A DNA stretch of 64,000 nucleotides from the sequence record NZ_CP013482.1. One strand, 5' to 3'. The stretch comes from a plasmid. Within the stretch, counting starts at the first letter, position 1. Each line of letters starts with the position of its first letter. The position numbers and the translations under genes were made by a program. Below are positions 28,634 to 39,359 of this stretch, piece by piece. Under the pieces are notes generated by a model, which saw only the letters and a program-made list of their open reading frames with translations, searched no databases and was not told the DNA's origin.

Positions 28634-29053
28634 ATGGCACTCGCTTTCACTTCCCTTCCTTGCGGCCTGAAAACCGCGCTGTCTCACATTCGTCAGGAGC
28701 CGGCCAAAGCGGTCCTCCTGCTGGTTCTTCTCGCTCTCACTGTGGCGTCGATGCATCCCGCCTTCGCCAGTTCATCCAGCGGGGGCGGTTTGCCGTACGA
28801 AGACTGGATCAACAACGTCCGCGCGTCCTTTACCGGACCCTGGGCATACGGCATCGCCGTAATCGCATTCGTTGCGGCCGGGTCGGGCTTGATCTTTGGC
28901 GGGGCCGATATGAGCGGCGCAATGCGCACGCTTGTGTGGATCGTCCTGGTGCTGTCGTTCATCGTTGCGGCCCAAAACACACTCGCAGCCATCACCGGCA
29001 AGGGTGCGTTGATCGACGTCGCGGCTGATCAGCTTCGCTCCCTGGGTCGGTAA
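28634..29053 (+). CDS. trbC: TrbC pilin precursor
   Basis: SSSGGGLPYEDW core and hydrophobic helices, as in the recalled RP4 pilin. Confidence 0.8.
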   Translation: MALAFTSLPCGLKTALSHIRQEPAKAVLLLVLLALTVASMHPAFASSSSGGGLPYEDWINNVRASFTGPWAYGIAVIAFVAAGSGLIFGGADMSGAMRTLVWIVLVLSFIVAAQNTLAAITGKGALIDVAADQLRSLGR

Positions 29054-29055
29054 CT

Positions 29056-29367
29056 ATGGCTCTGCGAAAGATTCCGCTTCGGCGGGCAGGTAATCGTGTC
29101 ATCGAGTTCCTGGGCGGTGATCGCGAATTGGTAATGGTCTCGGGCCTGATGGCTGCGACGCTCGTATTCGTTGCAATGAGCGTCATCGCTGCCGTGTTCG
29201 GCGTGGTTCTGTGGATCTTCGCTCTCTGGGCGTTGCGCAAGATGGCGAAGGCCGACCCGCAGATGCGCAAGGTTTACCAGCGTAGTCTCCGCTACGCGAA
29301 CTACTACCCGCCGCGCGCCACGCCTTTTCGCCTGAATACACCAGCACAAGGGAGGCAATACAAGTGA
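29056..29367 (+). CDS. trbD: TrbD (VirB3-like)
   Basis: Size, TM profile, position. Confidence 0.75.
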   Translation: MALRKIPLRRAGNRVIEFLGGDRELVMVSGLMAATLVFVAMSVIAAVFGVVLWIFALWALRKMAKADPQMRKVYQRSLRYANYYPPRATPFRLNTPAQGRQYK

Positions 29368-31943
29368 ACGCGACCGCATTCACCTCACTGTTCGCTTTGA
29401 TCGCAGGCGGCGTGCTGATCGCGCTGTTCATGCGACTTCGCGCCGTTGGGGAGTCCCACAAGCTCAAGCTGCACCGCTCCAAGCAGGCCGGTCTTGCAGA
29501 CCTCTTGAAGCACGCCAGCATCGTCGACGACGGCGTGATCCTGGGAAAAGACGGCTCCCTCATGGCTGCGTGGTTCTATCGGGGAAATGACAACGCGAGC
29601 GCGACAGAGCGCGAACGTGAATATAACTCCGCGCAGATCAATAAGGCCATCATCCGGTTGGGAAACGGATGGGCTTGCCACGTCGACGCCGTCAGAGTCA
29701 AAGCCCCGCAGTACAGCCACCCGAACGACTCGCACTTTCCGGATCCGGTGTCTGCGGCGATTGACGAGGAGCGGCGACGCTTCTTTGAGACCAACGGCAA
29801 AGTGTTTGAAGGTGCGTTCGTGGCGACCGTAACGTGGTTTCCGCCCGTACTGGCCGAACGAAAGCTGGTCGAACTGATGTACAGCGATGAAGCCGAAAAG
29901 CCAGACGCGCAGGGTGTGGCGGACGAGCTGCTGGCCGAGTTCAAGCAAGCCGTCGCCGGCATCGAGTCGCGCCTTTCCAGCGCTCTGAAGCTGGAACGCC
30001 TCGGCGCACAGAAAGTGCTGAACGAGGATGGAACAACGACCGTTTTCGACCAGTTCCTGCAATGGATTCACTTCTGCGTCACTGGCGTTAACCATCCGAT
30101 CGCGCTGCCGGCAAACCCGATGTACATCGATAGCCTCATCGGGGGCAAGGAGCTGTATACGGGCGTCATTCCGAAGATCGGTCGGAATTTTGTTCAAGTC
30201 GTTTCCATCGACGGATTCCCCAGCGCTTCGCACCCCGGAATCCTGACCGCCCTCGGGGAGATTCCGGCGCAATACCGCTGGTCGTCGCGATTCATCTTTC
30301 TGGATCAGCACGTTGCGAACAGCCACCTGGAGAAGTTCAAGAAGCGCTGGCGGCAAAGGGTTCGTGGCTTTGTAACGGCACTCGTCAACCCGAACAGCCC
30401 GGACGTCGATGAGGACGCCGTCAACATGGTGGCGGATGCAGCAGCGGCCATTGCGGAGACCAACAGCAAGATGGTCGCGCAGGGTTATTACACGAGCGTC
30501 GTCGTCATCATGGATGAGAACCGTGATGTGGTCGAAGCCGCGGCCCTGCTGGTTGAGCGCTCGATAAACGAACTGGGCTTCACGGCTCGCATCGAGACCG
30601 TGAATGCGATGGATGCCTTTATCGGCTCCGTTCCCGGTCACGTCGTCGAAAACGTTCGCCGTCCAATCATCAACACGATGAACCTGGCAGACATGCTGCC
30701 AACGAGTTCCATTTGGACAGGTGACGAGCGCGCACCGTGCCCGCTGTTCCCCCCCAACGCGCCGGCACTGATGCACGCACTCACAGCGGGTAACGCACCT
30801 TTCCGGGTGAACATGCACGTTGGCGACTTGGGACACGCTGCAATGTTCGGGCCTACCCGTGCCGGCAAATCGACGCACGTCGGCATGCTTGCCTTGCAAT
30901 ACCTTCGATACGAAGGCGCACGGGTTTACGTCTTTGAAAAGGGCATGTCGTTTTACATCGCCTGCAAAGCGGTCGGGGGCGTGCATTACAACATCGGTGA
31001 CGAAAAGCAGAGGACCGCCTATGCGCCGCTGAAGGACCTACGTTCGCGCTCGCGCCGTGCCTGGGCGATGCAATGGATGGCGACCATCATGGAACTGAAC
31101 AACGTTCAGATGACGCCAGAACTGAGCAACGAGATCGCCACGGCGGTAATGACGATGGCTCGCAGTGCATCAGGCGGCGGCTCGCTCACGACTTTCAGAA
31201 CGCTGGTGCAAAGCGCAGAGGTCCGCGCAGTCCTCCAGCAGTACACGGTCGACGGTGTGATGGGCCACCTGCTCGATGGTCAGGAAGACGGATTCTCCAT
31301 CGACGAAGTAAGCACTATGTGCTTCGAGTTGGAACAGCTCATGCACATGGGCGACAAGTACGCACTCCCCGTGCTGCTGTACATGTTCCGCCGGATTGAA
31401 GAATCGTTGGACGGACGTCCGACTTTCATCATTCTCGACGAGGCATGGCTGATGCTTGGAAACCCGGCCTTCCGCGCGAAGTTGCGTGAATGGTTGAAGG
31501 CATTTGCCAAGAAAAATTGCCACATCCTTCTTGCTACGCAAAGCCTGAGTGACGCGAAGGAATCCGGGATCCTTGACGTCATTGTGGAATCTACCGCAAC
31601 GAAAATTTTCCTCGCGAATCCGGCCGCAAACGACGAGGAATTCAGCGCGACCTACACCCAAATGGGCCTCAATCGCCGCCAAATCGAGATCATCCAGGCT
31701 GCGACGAAGAAGAAAGACTACTACCTCACTTCCGAAAAAGGCCGACGCCTCTATCAGCTTGCGCTTGGGCCGCTCGCCTTAGCGTTTGTCGGCGCGACCG
31801 ACCCGGAGTCCATCGCGGAAGTGCAACGCCTCGAAGAAAAGCACGGCGGCCGACGCTTCGCTAGTGACCTTAGCGAAGGGTGGGTCAATGAATGGCTCGC
31901 CGGCCGCAACATCAATCTCAACGACTACGGAGTAGCAGCGTGA
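29364..31943 (+). CDS. trbE: TrbE (VirB4 ATPase)
   Basis: 859 aa; Walker A GPTRAGKST. Confidence 0.9.
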   Translation: MNATAFTSLFALIAGGVLIALFMRLRAVGESHKLKLHRSKQAGLADLLKHASIVDDGVILGKDGSLMAAWFYRGNDNASATEREREYNSAQINKAIIRLGNGWACHVDAVRVKAPQYSHPNDSHFPDPVSAAIDEERRRFFETNGKVFEGAFVATVTWFPPVLAERKLVELMYSDEAEKPDAQGVADELLAEFKQAVAGIESRLSSALKLERLGAQKVLNEDGTTTVFDQFLQWIHFCVTGVNHPIALPANPMYIDSLIGGKELYTGVIPKIGRNFVQVVSIDGFPSASHPGILTALGEIPAQYRWSSRFIFLDQHVANSHLEKFKKRWRQRVRGFVTALVNPNSPDVDEDAVNMVADAAAAIAETNSKMVAQGYYTSVVVIMDENRDVVEAAALLVERSINELGFTARIETVNAMDAFIGSVPGHVVENVRRPIINTMNLADMLPTSSIWTGDERAPCPLFPPNAPALMHALTAGNAPFRVNMHVGDLGHAAMFGPTRAGKSTHVGMLALQYLRYEGARVYVFEKGMSFYIACKAVGGVHYNIGDEKQRTAYAPLKDLRSRSRRAWAMQWMATIMELNNVQMTPELSNEIATAVMTMARSASGGGSLTTFRTLVQSAEVRAVLQQYTVDGVMGHLLDGQEDGFSIDEVSTMCFELEQLMHMGDKYALPVLLYMFRRIEESLDGRPTFIILDEAWLMLGNPAFRAKLREWLKAFAKKNCHILLATQSLSDAKESGILDVIVESTATKIFLANPAANDEEFSATYTQMGLNRRQIEIIQAATKKKDYYLTSEKGRRLYQLALGPLALAFVGATDPESIAEVQRLEEKHGGRRFASDLSEGWVNEWLAGRNINLNDYGVAA

Positions 31944-32695
31944 AGAAGCTCCTCATGAAATTGCGCGGCAAAGGTCCACGCCCCGAACCTACTACAGACG
32001 ACCCGTATTTCAACGCCCGACTCAGTTGGAATCTGTACGTCGCGCCCATCGTTGAAGGACGCCGATTCAAGGATTTGTTGTGCGCTTTTTCGATGCTGAT
32101 CGCACTGGTAGCAGTCGCGGAAAACGGCCGAATTGGTGCCATGTCGAAGTTCATTCCCGTCTTCCTTGAGCGGGGCGACAACGGCGAGGTCCACGCAACG
32201 CGTGGCGATAAGGTCGAAGACGCCTTGCTGGCCGACTACCGCACTGCGGTGAACGATTTCATCATCAGCCAGCGCACGGTTACGGCCGACGCCGACTTGC
32301 AGCGAAAGATGATCTTTAAGGTGTATTCGATGCTCGCGCCCAACGATCCGGCCACGGCTCAAGTCACTCAGTTCTACAGCGGTGGCAACAAGTCGAACGG
32401 CAAGCCGACCTTCGAGTTTTACACGGGGGGCAAGGACTCCAGCCCATTCGCTCGCGCCGCCGACGAGACAGTCACGCCGTCTCTAAACGCGTTGCTGCGC
32501 GTCACCGATCAAACCTGGCAGGTCGACTGGACCGAAACGATTCGTTCCCGCGAAGGCGAGGTTAAGGACGTCATCAAACTACGCGCCCTTGTCACCGTGT
32601 ACCAGAACAAGGACGCAAAGATGGACGACAGCCAGCTCATCAACAACGGTCACAAGATCTTCGTGAAAGACCAGAGCCTTTCAAAACAGCTCTAA
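31940..32695 (+). CDS. trbF: TrbF (VirB8-like)
   Basis: GTG overlapping the trbE stop (GTGA); alternative ATG at 31955. Confidence 0.75.
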   Translation: MKKLLMKLRGKGPRPEPTTDDPYFNARLSWNLYVAPIVEGRRFKDLLCAFSMLIALVAVAENGRIGAMSKFIPVFLERGDNGEVHATRGDKVEDALLADYRTAVNDFIISQRTVTADADLQRKMIFKVYSMLAPNDPATAQVTQFYSGGNKSNGKPTFEFYTGGKDSSPFARAADETVTPSLNALLRVTDQTWQVDWTETIRSREGEVKDVIKLRALVTVYQNKDAKMDDSQLINNGHKIFVKDQSLSKQL

Positions 32696-32713
32696 GCCTG
32701 GAGTAAATCAAAC

Positions 32714-33628
32714 ATGAACAAGATTCACTGCATTGCACTTATCGCTGGCATGATTCCGGCGCTCACTTTCGCCGCCCCCGCACCGAAGACGGCTGGCGGC
32801 GAGGGCACGGATCCGGTCGCAGACGCATATTTCTCGAAGAACGCGCCGGCGCTGACTGAGGACGAGAAAGCGGCCATCAAGATCGGTAAGGAATGGGCAT
32901 CGAGCAAGACGATTACCCCCACGCGGGGACCGGACGGGTCGATCAACTATCCGTACCTTCCCGGCAAGCAATATCCGGTTGTGTGCGCCGTTCTACAGGT
33001 CTGCGACATCGCTTTGCAACCTGGGGAGTCGGTCACGGGATTGAACGCCGGGGATCCTCGTTATCAAGTGGAGCCGTCGATTTCTGGCTCCGGTGATACG
33101 GAACGCCTCCATCTGATTCTCAAGCCGCTTGACACCAATCTCAGCACAACGATGGTAGTCGCAACCAACCGGCGCGTGTACCACTTCCGTCTTAAGGCGT
33201 CGCGAGAAGACTCGATGCCGCTCGTGTCGTTCACCTATCCCGAGGTGGCGATGGCGAAATGGGACGCGATTCGTGCGAAGGAAGTCAAAGCGCGCAACGA
33301 AGCAACCATCAAGGATACGGGGGAATACCTGGGCGACCTGAATTTCAACTATCAGGTCGACGGGGCCGCCTCATGGAAGCCGGTTCGGGTCTACAACGAC
33401 GGGCGTAAGACGATCATCGAAATGCCCTCGACGATCGACCAAGGGGATGCGCCGGCTCTCCTCGTCGTAAGTAAGGATGGCGGCGTGTTCAGCGATGAGC
33501 AAACACGTCTTGTGAACTACCGCCTGCAAGGGAAGCGCTACATCGTCGACACCATTTTTGAGAAAGCCGTGCTTCTCGCTGGCGTCGGTTCGGAGCAAGA
33601 GCGCGTGACGATCACGAAGGGGAAGTGA
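32714..33628 (+). CDS. trbG: TrbG (VirB9-like)
   Basis: Signal peptide; size and position. Confidence 0.8.
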   Translation: MNKIHCIALIAGMIPALTFAAPAPKTAGGEGTDPVADAYFSKNAPALTEDEKAAIKIGKEWASSKTITPTRGPDGSINYPYLPGKQYPVVCAVLQVCDIALQPGESVTGLNAGDPRYQVEPSISGSGDTERLHLILKPLDTNLSTTMVVATNRRVYHFRLKASREDSMPLVSFTYPEVAMAKWDAIRAKEVKARNEATIKDTGEYLGDLNFNYQVDGAASWKPVRVYNDGRKTIIEMPSTIDQGDAPALLVVSKDGGVFSDEQTRLVNYRLQGKRYIVDTIFEKAVLLAGVGSEQERVTITKGK

Positions 33629-33629
33629 C

Positions 33630-34073
33630 ATGCGAAAGCTCATCCCGCTCGTGTCATTCATCGTCAGCGGCATCCTGCTCGCTGGATGCACTACGCCCCA
33701 GCCCTACGGCGATTTTTCTGCGGCTCAACCGGAAGTCGCACACCGTCTGGCCGACGCGGCCGTCGACCAGCTCTCGCTCCGCATGCCGCCCGCCAACACG
33801 CGGTTATCACTCCAGCAACCGGCGACCGACGCGTTTGGTCAAGCGCTGCTGGTCTCGCTGCGTACGCGTGGCTACGCGGTCCGTGAGTTCAATCCGGACG
33901 CATTGACGCCCTCGGCCGAAGCTGGCGTCCCGCTGCGCTACGTTGTCGATCACGGCGCTCGCATCACTGCGTATCGAGTCAGCTTGATCGTTGCCGGGAA
34001 AGCGATGAGCCGCGCATTCTCGACGGCCAACGGTGCCCCGGCCCCGGACGGTGCTTGGACGGTGGAGGAATAA
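33630..34073 (+). CDS. trbH: TrbH lipoprotein (VirB7-like)
   Basis: Lipobox LLAGC. Confidence 0.75.
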   Translation: MRKLIPLVSFIVSGILLAGCTTPQPYGDFSAAQPEVAHRLADAAVDQLSLRMPPANTRLSLQQPATDAFGQALLVSLRTRGYAVREFNPDALTPSAEAGVPLRYVVDHGARITAYRVSLIVAGKAMSRAFSTANGAPAPDGAWTVEE

Positions 34074-34076
34074 AGC

Positions 34077-35531
34077 ATGGCAAAAGAATTTGACCCGTTG
34101 TCGCCCGAGGCATCGCCGGGTGAAGTCGTAACTGGCGTGCGTCGGCTCAATCGCCTTCCGATCCTTATCATTGCAGGTATCGTCGTCGCTTTTGCAGGCA
34201 CGCTGTTCGTCCTCACGTTCCAGAAGGGGCAAGAGCAACACCAGGTGAAAGTGGGGAGTAACGACGATTCCAACGGGGTGAAGAAGCCAACGGATTCGTC
34301 CAAGGTCGCGGCAGCCATTGTCGCCGGCCAGCCAAGCGGAGTTATTCGCTCATCCAAACCCAGCACGCCAGCATTGCCTTTGACAGCGTCGGGGGTTCAG
34401 GCCGCACCTGCGACGGCCAGTGCGGTCGGCGTTCCTATCGCTCCGGTTGCGAACCGAGACGCACCGCCGCCGCCGCCGCGTGGAAACGCCGCTGGTGCGG
34501 GGACGGAATCCGACGCACGTCTCATCGCTCAGATCGAAGAAAATCGGTTCCGCTCTCTCGAGACTGCCAATCGGGCGAAGTCGAAGGTAGCTGTAGACGG
34601 CCCTGCGATCGGCGCTTCGGGCGGTCAGACCGTGACACCTGGCGGTCCCACTTCGCGAGACGACATGCTCGCGAGAATCGCTGACGCTCGTCAAAAGGCG
34701 ATGCAAGCCGGGGGGCAAACTACCTCGGTACAAACCATGTACCAAGACCAACTGGCGCGCGTGAAGGCGGGCGTGGGCAGTGCGCCGAGTCTTATCGGCA
34801 GCGGTGGGTCGGGTTCGCCGTCTCTACTCTCCAGCAGCGGCGCGAGCGACAATCGTAACGGCTATTCGCAGTTCTCTGCCTCGGGGCAAGGTGATCGCTG
34901 GAAACTCGATTCGGACGTGCAAGCACCACGCTCGCGATTCGAGATCCGCACCGGGGACGTTATCCCTGGCGTGATGATCAGCGGCATTAATTCCGATTTA
35001 CCGGGCCAGATCATGGGCCAGGTGTCGCAGAACGTTTATGACACCGCGACCGGAAAGCACCTTTTGATCCCTCAAGGAACACGACTGGTAGGCACGTACA
35101 ACAACAACGTCGTGTTCGGTCAATCCGCTGTTCTGATCGCCTGGCAACGCCTCGTGTTTCCGGACGGTAAAGCTCTCGATATTGGCTCAATGCCTGGCGC
35201 CGATGGAGCGGGCTATTCCGGCTTCCGAGATCAAGTCAATAACCACTATTTGCGCATCTACAGCTCCGCGTTGCTGATGTCGGCAATTACGGCCGGCGTT
35301 GCTTACAGCCAGGACCGCAATAGCACAAACGGCACGGGCTATCAGCAACCGACCGCCAGCAGCGAACTTAGTCAGGCACTCGGCCAGCAGCTCGGCCAAG
35401 TATCCGGACAACTGATCTCGAAGAACCTGAACATCGCGCCGACGCTGGAAATTCGCCCTGGCTATCGATTCAACATCGTGGTGGTCAAGGATCTCGATTT
35501 CAGCAAAGCCTACCAATCGTTTGACTACTGA
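34077..35531 (+). CDS. trbI: TrbI (VirB10-like)
   Basis: N-terminal TM, Pro-rich linker, conserved C-terminal domain. Confidence 0.85.
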   Translation: MAKEFDPLSPEASPGEVVTGVRRLNRLPILIIAGIVVAFAGTLFVLTFQKGQEQHQVKVGSNDDSNGVKKPTDSSKVAAAIVAGQPSGVIRSSKPSTPALPLTASGVQAAPATASAVGVPIAPVANRDAPPPPPRGNAAGAGTESDARLIAQIEENRFRSLETANRAKSKVAVDGPAIGASGGQTVTPGGPTSRDDMLARIADARQKAMQAGGQTTSVQTMYQDQLARVKAGVGSAPSLIGSGGSGSPSLLSSSGASDNRNGYSQFSASGQGDRWKLDSDVQAPRSRFEIRTGDVIPGVMISGINSDLPGQIMGQVSQNVYDTATGKHLLIPQGTRLVGTYNNNVVFGQSAVLIAWQRLVFPDGKALDIGSMPGADGAGYSGFRDQVNNHYLRIYSSALLMSAITAGVAYSQDRNSTNGTGYQQPTASSELSQALGQQLGQVSGQLISKNLNIAPTLEIRPGYRFNIVVVKDLDFSKAYQSFDY

Positions 35532-35547
35532 TCGGGAGAGTTCAGCC

Positions 35548-36324
35548 ATGAATCTGAGAAATCTCATTTCGCATTTAGCGGCTAAAGTCGGATGCGCTAC
35601 CGCCATCGCCCTCAGCGTGCTGGCCGCGCCGGCACACGCCGGTATCCCCGTGATCGACGGGACGAACGTGGTTCAAACGACGGTCTCGGCGTTGAACTCG
35701 GTCGCCTCCGTTGCGAAGCAGATCGAGCAATACCAAACGCAGTTGCAGCAGTACGAAAACATGCTGCGCAACTCGCTCGCGCCTGCTGCGTATATCTGGG
35801 ACCAGGTCAACTCGACGATCAACAAGATGCTGAACCTGCAAGACACCCTTTCGGGTTTGAAAGGGCAATACGGGAGCATCGATGCGTACTTGAACCGGTT
35901 CCAGAACGTCGGGTACTACCGCCAATCGCCCTGTTTCACCAACACGGGATGCTCCGCGTCCGAAATGGAAGCTATCCAGCAAGGACGGACTGCTTGGTCG
36001 GATAGCCAGAAGAAGGCAAACGACGCGGCGATCAAGCAACTGGATCAGCAGCAATCGGCCCTTTCCAAAGACGCCGATACGGTCGCTCGGTTGCAATCGC
36101 AGGCATCCGGTGCCGGCGGTCAAATGGAAGCGTTGCAGGCCGCAAATCAGCTTGCCAGCACCCAGGCGAACTCACTTCTGAACATCCGAAGCCTTTTGCT
36201 CGCGCAGCAAAACATTCTCGTGACCCGCTCTCAAATTGAGGCCGATCGCGAGGCCCAGTTGCAGGCCGGTGACGAGCAATTTCGTCGCGGAGCCTTCACG
36301 AAAAGCCCCGCCGTTAGCTGGTGA
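35548..36324 (+). CDS. trbJ: TrbJ (VirB5-like)
   Basis: Signal peptide then helical domain; an OB site sits within codons 10-14. Confidence 0.75.
   Translation: MNLRNLISHLAAKVGCATAIALSVLAAPAHAGIPVIDGTNVVQTTVSALNSVASVAKQIEQYQTQLQQYENMLRNSLAPAAYIWDQVNSTINKMLNLQDTLSGLKGQYGSIDAYLNRFQNVGYYRQSPCFTNTGCSASEMEAIQQGRTAWSDSQKKANDAAIKQLDQQQSALSKDADTVARLQSQASGAGGQMEALQAANQLASTQANSLLNIRSLLLAQQNILVTRSQIEADREAQLQAGDEQFRRGAFTKSPAVSW
35575..35587. promoter_or_regulatory. KorB operator OB inside the trbJ signal-peptide coding region
   Basis: TTTAGCGGCTAAA. Confidence 0.7.
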
Positions 36325-36365
36325 AAGGAGAGGGCAATGACATTCAAAGCGGGAGTGATTACGCC

Positions 36366-38105
36366 ATGAATCGAAAGGTTGTATTGGCCCTAGCGGGGAC
36401 TGCTGCGCTGCTCATGGCGACGTCCGCATTCGCCGCCGACAGTAGCGGGATGCTTGACCAGATTTTGGGCAAGTACAAGTCTGCCGCGTCCAACTGGTCC
36501 GGTGCCATTTCTACAGCGGCCACGTTCATTTTTTGGTCGATTGCGTTGATGAGCATGATCTGGACTTTTGGCATCCACGCACTGCGCAGGGCAGACTTCG
36601 GAGATACGTTCGTCGAACTAATTCGATTCATCACGCCACTCGGATTCTTCTGGTGGTTGGTCTTGAATGGCCCCGCCATTTCAACGGCGATCTTAGACGG
36701 CATGCGCCAATTGGCGTCCCAGGCTGGGGGTTACTCCACGGCCATGACTCCGTCCGGGATCGTTGACATTGGCTTCGACATTCTCGGAAAGGTAATCGAC
36801 AACTCCTCGGTGTGGTCGCCGGTAAATAGCCTCGTCGGGCTACTTATCGCCGTGGCGATTTTGATCTGCCTGCTTCTTGTTGGCGTGAACATGCTCCTTG
36901 TGCTGGTTTCGGGCTGGGTGCTCATTTATGCCGGGCAATTCTTCCTTGGGTTCGGTGGTGCGGGCTGGACCAGGGACACCGCCGTCAACTACATGAAGAC
37001 GGTTGTGAACATCGCTATTCAGGCATTCACGATGGTGCTGCTCGTCGGCATCGGAAAGTCTTTCGTCGACGTTTTTTATAGCGACATGGCCGGCGGCATT
37101 ACTTTCCGTGATCTCGTGATCATGCTCAGTGTTGCGGTCGTCTTGCTTGCCCTGATTAACAAGCTCCCTCCCATGATGGGCGGCATATTTGGTGGAGCCT
37201 CGACCGGCGGCATTGGTACTGCGGGAGCCGGCGCAGCAATGGCGACTATGGCAGCAGGCATCGGTGCGTTGGCTGCAACGGCTGCGGTAGCCCAAGCCGC
37301 TGCCTCCAGCGTGGGCGGTGGTATGAGTGCACTGAAGGCCGCCTATGACGCAGCGAAGGAGGAAATGGGCGGTTCCGCCGGGGGCGGTGGCAGCGGTGGC
37401 GAAAGCTCCGGGGATGCGAGCGTTGGGGGCGGGTCTCATGGCAGCAGTGGCAGTGCTGGCGGCGGTTCCGGTGAGGCTGGAGGCGGACAGGCGAGCGGAA
37501 AGAGCCAAGGCGGCAGCGGTGGGTTCTCTGCCGCGATGGGTCGCATGGGCCAGCTCGCGGCAGGTACGGCAGCTCACCTTGCGAAAGGCAGCGCCGCTGT
37601 AGCCAAGGACCGCATGGAAGCGATGATGGACTCCGCAAAGGAGCGAATCGCCGGAACGACTGGCGGCCAGATTGCGCAAGAAATTAGGTCGCCTGGTAGC
37701 GCCTCGCAAGCTCGTCAAGATGCGCGCGACATGGCTAAAGCGAACGAACTCTACGGTGCCGCAGTCGCTGCCGAAGCTCGTGACTTCATCGCCGGCCACG
37801 GTGCATCTCAATCGGGTACAGCCTCAGAACCGGACTTCTCCGGCGACTCCATGGGCGGTGCCGAATCGGCCAACCCATCAAGTACCGGAGACGCTTCGGC
37901 CGGTTCTGCCGCCGACAGCAGCGCAGCGTCCAGCTCGGCAAACAGTGAAGGGCAAGCCAGCGCGGCTCAAGGCACGGGCGACGGCAGTACAGGTGACGCC
38001 CCGTCCTCTCAGGCAGCCCAACCCGGCGCACAGCAATTCACTCCGAGTGCCGCTGAAAAGGCAGAAATCGACGAATTCGTCAACAACCAACAGAAGTCCG
38101 CTTAA
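36366..38105 (+). CDS. trbL: TrbL (VirB6-like) with Gly/Ser/Ala-rich C-terminal tail
   Basis: Multiple TM helices then a low-complexity tail; ORF begins at 36321. Confidence 0.8.
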   Translation: MNRKVVLALAGTAALLMATSAFAADSSGMLDQILGKYKSAASNWSGAISTAATFIFWSIALMSMIWTFGIHALRRADFGDTFVELIRFITPLGFFWWLVLNGPAISTAILDGMRQLASQAGGYSTAMTPSGIVDIGFDILGKVIDNSSVWSPVNSLVGLLIAVAILICLLLVGVNMLLVLVSGWVLIYAGQFFLGFGGAGWTRDTAVNYMKTVVNIAIQAFTMVLLVGIGKSFVDVFYSDMAGGITFRDLVIMLSVAVVLLALINKLPPMMGGIFGGASTGGIGTAGAGAAMATMAAGIGALAATAAVAQAAASSVGGGMSALKAAYDAAKEEMGGSAGGGGSGGESSGDASVGGGSHGSSGSAGGGSGEAGGGQASGKSQGGSGGFSAAMGRMGQLAAGTAAHLAKGSAAVAKDRMEAMMDSAKERIAGTTGGQIAQEIRSPGSASQARQDARDMAKANELYGAAVAAEARDFIAGHGASQSGTASEPDFSGDSMGGAESANPSSTGDASAGSAADSSAASSSANSEGQASAAQGTGDGSTGDAPSSQAAQPGAQQFTPSAAEKAEIDEFVNNQQKSA

Positions 38106-38118
38106 CCACGAGATCACA

Positions 38119-38697
38119 ATGATTAAGGCTATAAAACGAATCCTGGTCACTCTCGCGTGTGCTTTCGCCATCGGACAGTCGCCGCAAGCGTCGGCCCAAG
38201 TTTTGACGGGCGACGTCGGGCTGGCCTGCGAAGCAATTCTCTGCCTTTCGTCCGGGTTCCGGCCCGGTGAATGCGCGCCGTCACTGGCCCGCTACTTCGG
38301 GATTAGCTTCAAATTCTGGACCGATACGCTGCGCGGTCGAATCAATTTTCTGAATCTTTGCCCTGCGGGTAACGTCCCCGGTGGGGCCGACATGCCGTCC
38401 CTCATCAACACGATCGCGAACGGTGCTGGGCGCTGCGATGCCGACTATCTCAACATGAACAACATCGTCGAGGTAGAGGTGCGCGAGTGCGACGGTTATG
38501 GCGGGGGTGACACCGGGCCGTCCTGCTACACATACACGAAGCGGGTCATCAGCAACGTGCTGCCCACATACTGCGTCGCATACACGCAGAGCCAGTATCA
38601 GTACCTTCTTGGCGTCAAATACGTTGGGGAACCGCTCAAGGACGGTCATTGGATCTCCGATGCGAGCGGCGCACTCGTTAACGGGGCGAGCAAGTAA
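38119..38697 (+). CDS. trbM: TrbM
   Basis: 192 aa with signal peptide, position after trbL. Confidence 0.65.
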   Translation: MIKAIKRILVTLACAFAIGQSPQASAQVLTGDVGLACEAILCLSSGFRPGECAPSLARYFGISFKFWTDTLRGRINFLNLCPAGNVPGGADMPSLINTIANGAGRCDADYLNMNNIVEVEVRECDGYGGGDTGPSCYTYTKRVISNVLPTYCVAYTQSQYQYLLGVKYVGEPLKDGHWISDASGALVNGASK

Positions 38698-38699
38698 CC

Positions 38700-39359
38700 A
38701 TGCCCGTCATCGAGATCCCCCAGCACCTGCCAGAGCGCGTCGCTTGCTCGATTGCCGCAGCGGTCAAATATGAGATCCCGGCAAATCTCATGCTCGCCGT
38801 TGCCGAACAAGAGGGTGGCTCGCCTGGACTTGTGAAGCGCAACGGCGATGGCACTGTCGACGTCGGGTCAATGCAGTTCAACACCAAGTACCTCGCCGAC
38901 TTGCGTCGTTACGGCATTTCGGCTGAGGACGTGTCCCAAGCCGGCTGCTATCCGTTCGACCTTGCCGCCTGGCGATTGCGTGGGCACATCCTGCGCGATG
39001 CGGGGGATCTCTGGACGCGTGCGGCTAACTACCACTCGCGCACCCCTTCAAAAAACGCCACCTATCGCGCTTACATCCTGCCGCGTGCTGCGCGCTGGCA
39101 GAAGTGGCTCGAAGCGCGCTTCGTAACCTATGACTCCACCGCTGGCGTTGTCGAAATGCGTGTGCCAACGCAGGGTAGGGCAGAGCATGCCGGCACAAGT
39201 GAGTCCCCTGCCCTGCCCTCCACTGTTCCCCTCGGGGTGACGTCGAACGCCTTTCGGGTCGACCCCGCGAACACTCCAGCAGCCAAGGCACTCGCCACTG
39301 TCTACGGCCGCAATCTGAATGCGCCGTCAGATTCTCCCGGCACGGATTTTAGCCGCTAA
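38700..39359 (+). CDS. trbN: TrbN lytic transglycosylase (VirB1-like SLT domain)
   Basis: AEQEGGS..GSMQFN SLT catalytic region; stop embedded in an OB (..FSR*). Confidence 0.8.
   Translation: MPVIEIPQHLPERVACSIAAAVKYEIPANLMLAVAEQEGGSPGLVKRNGDGTVDVGSMQFNTKYLADLRRYGISAEDVSQAGCYPFDLAAWRLRGHILRDAGDLWTRAANYHSRTPSKNATYRAYILPRAARWQKWLEARFVTYDSTAGVVEMRVPTQGRAEHAGTSESPALPSTVPLGVTSNAFRVDPANTPAAKALATVYGRNLNAPSDSPGTDFSR

Noticed and set aside
29385-30986. 533-aa minus-strand ORF
   Set aside because: Antisense to trbE, with no domain signature; typical high-GC shadow ORF.
36840-37811. 323-aa minus-strand ORF
   Set aside because: Antisense to the Gly/Ser/Ala-rich trbL tail.
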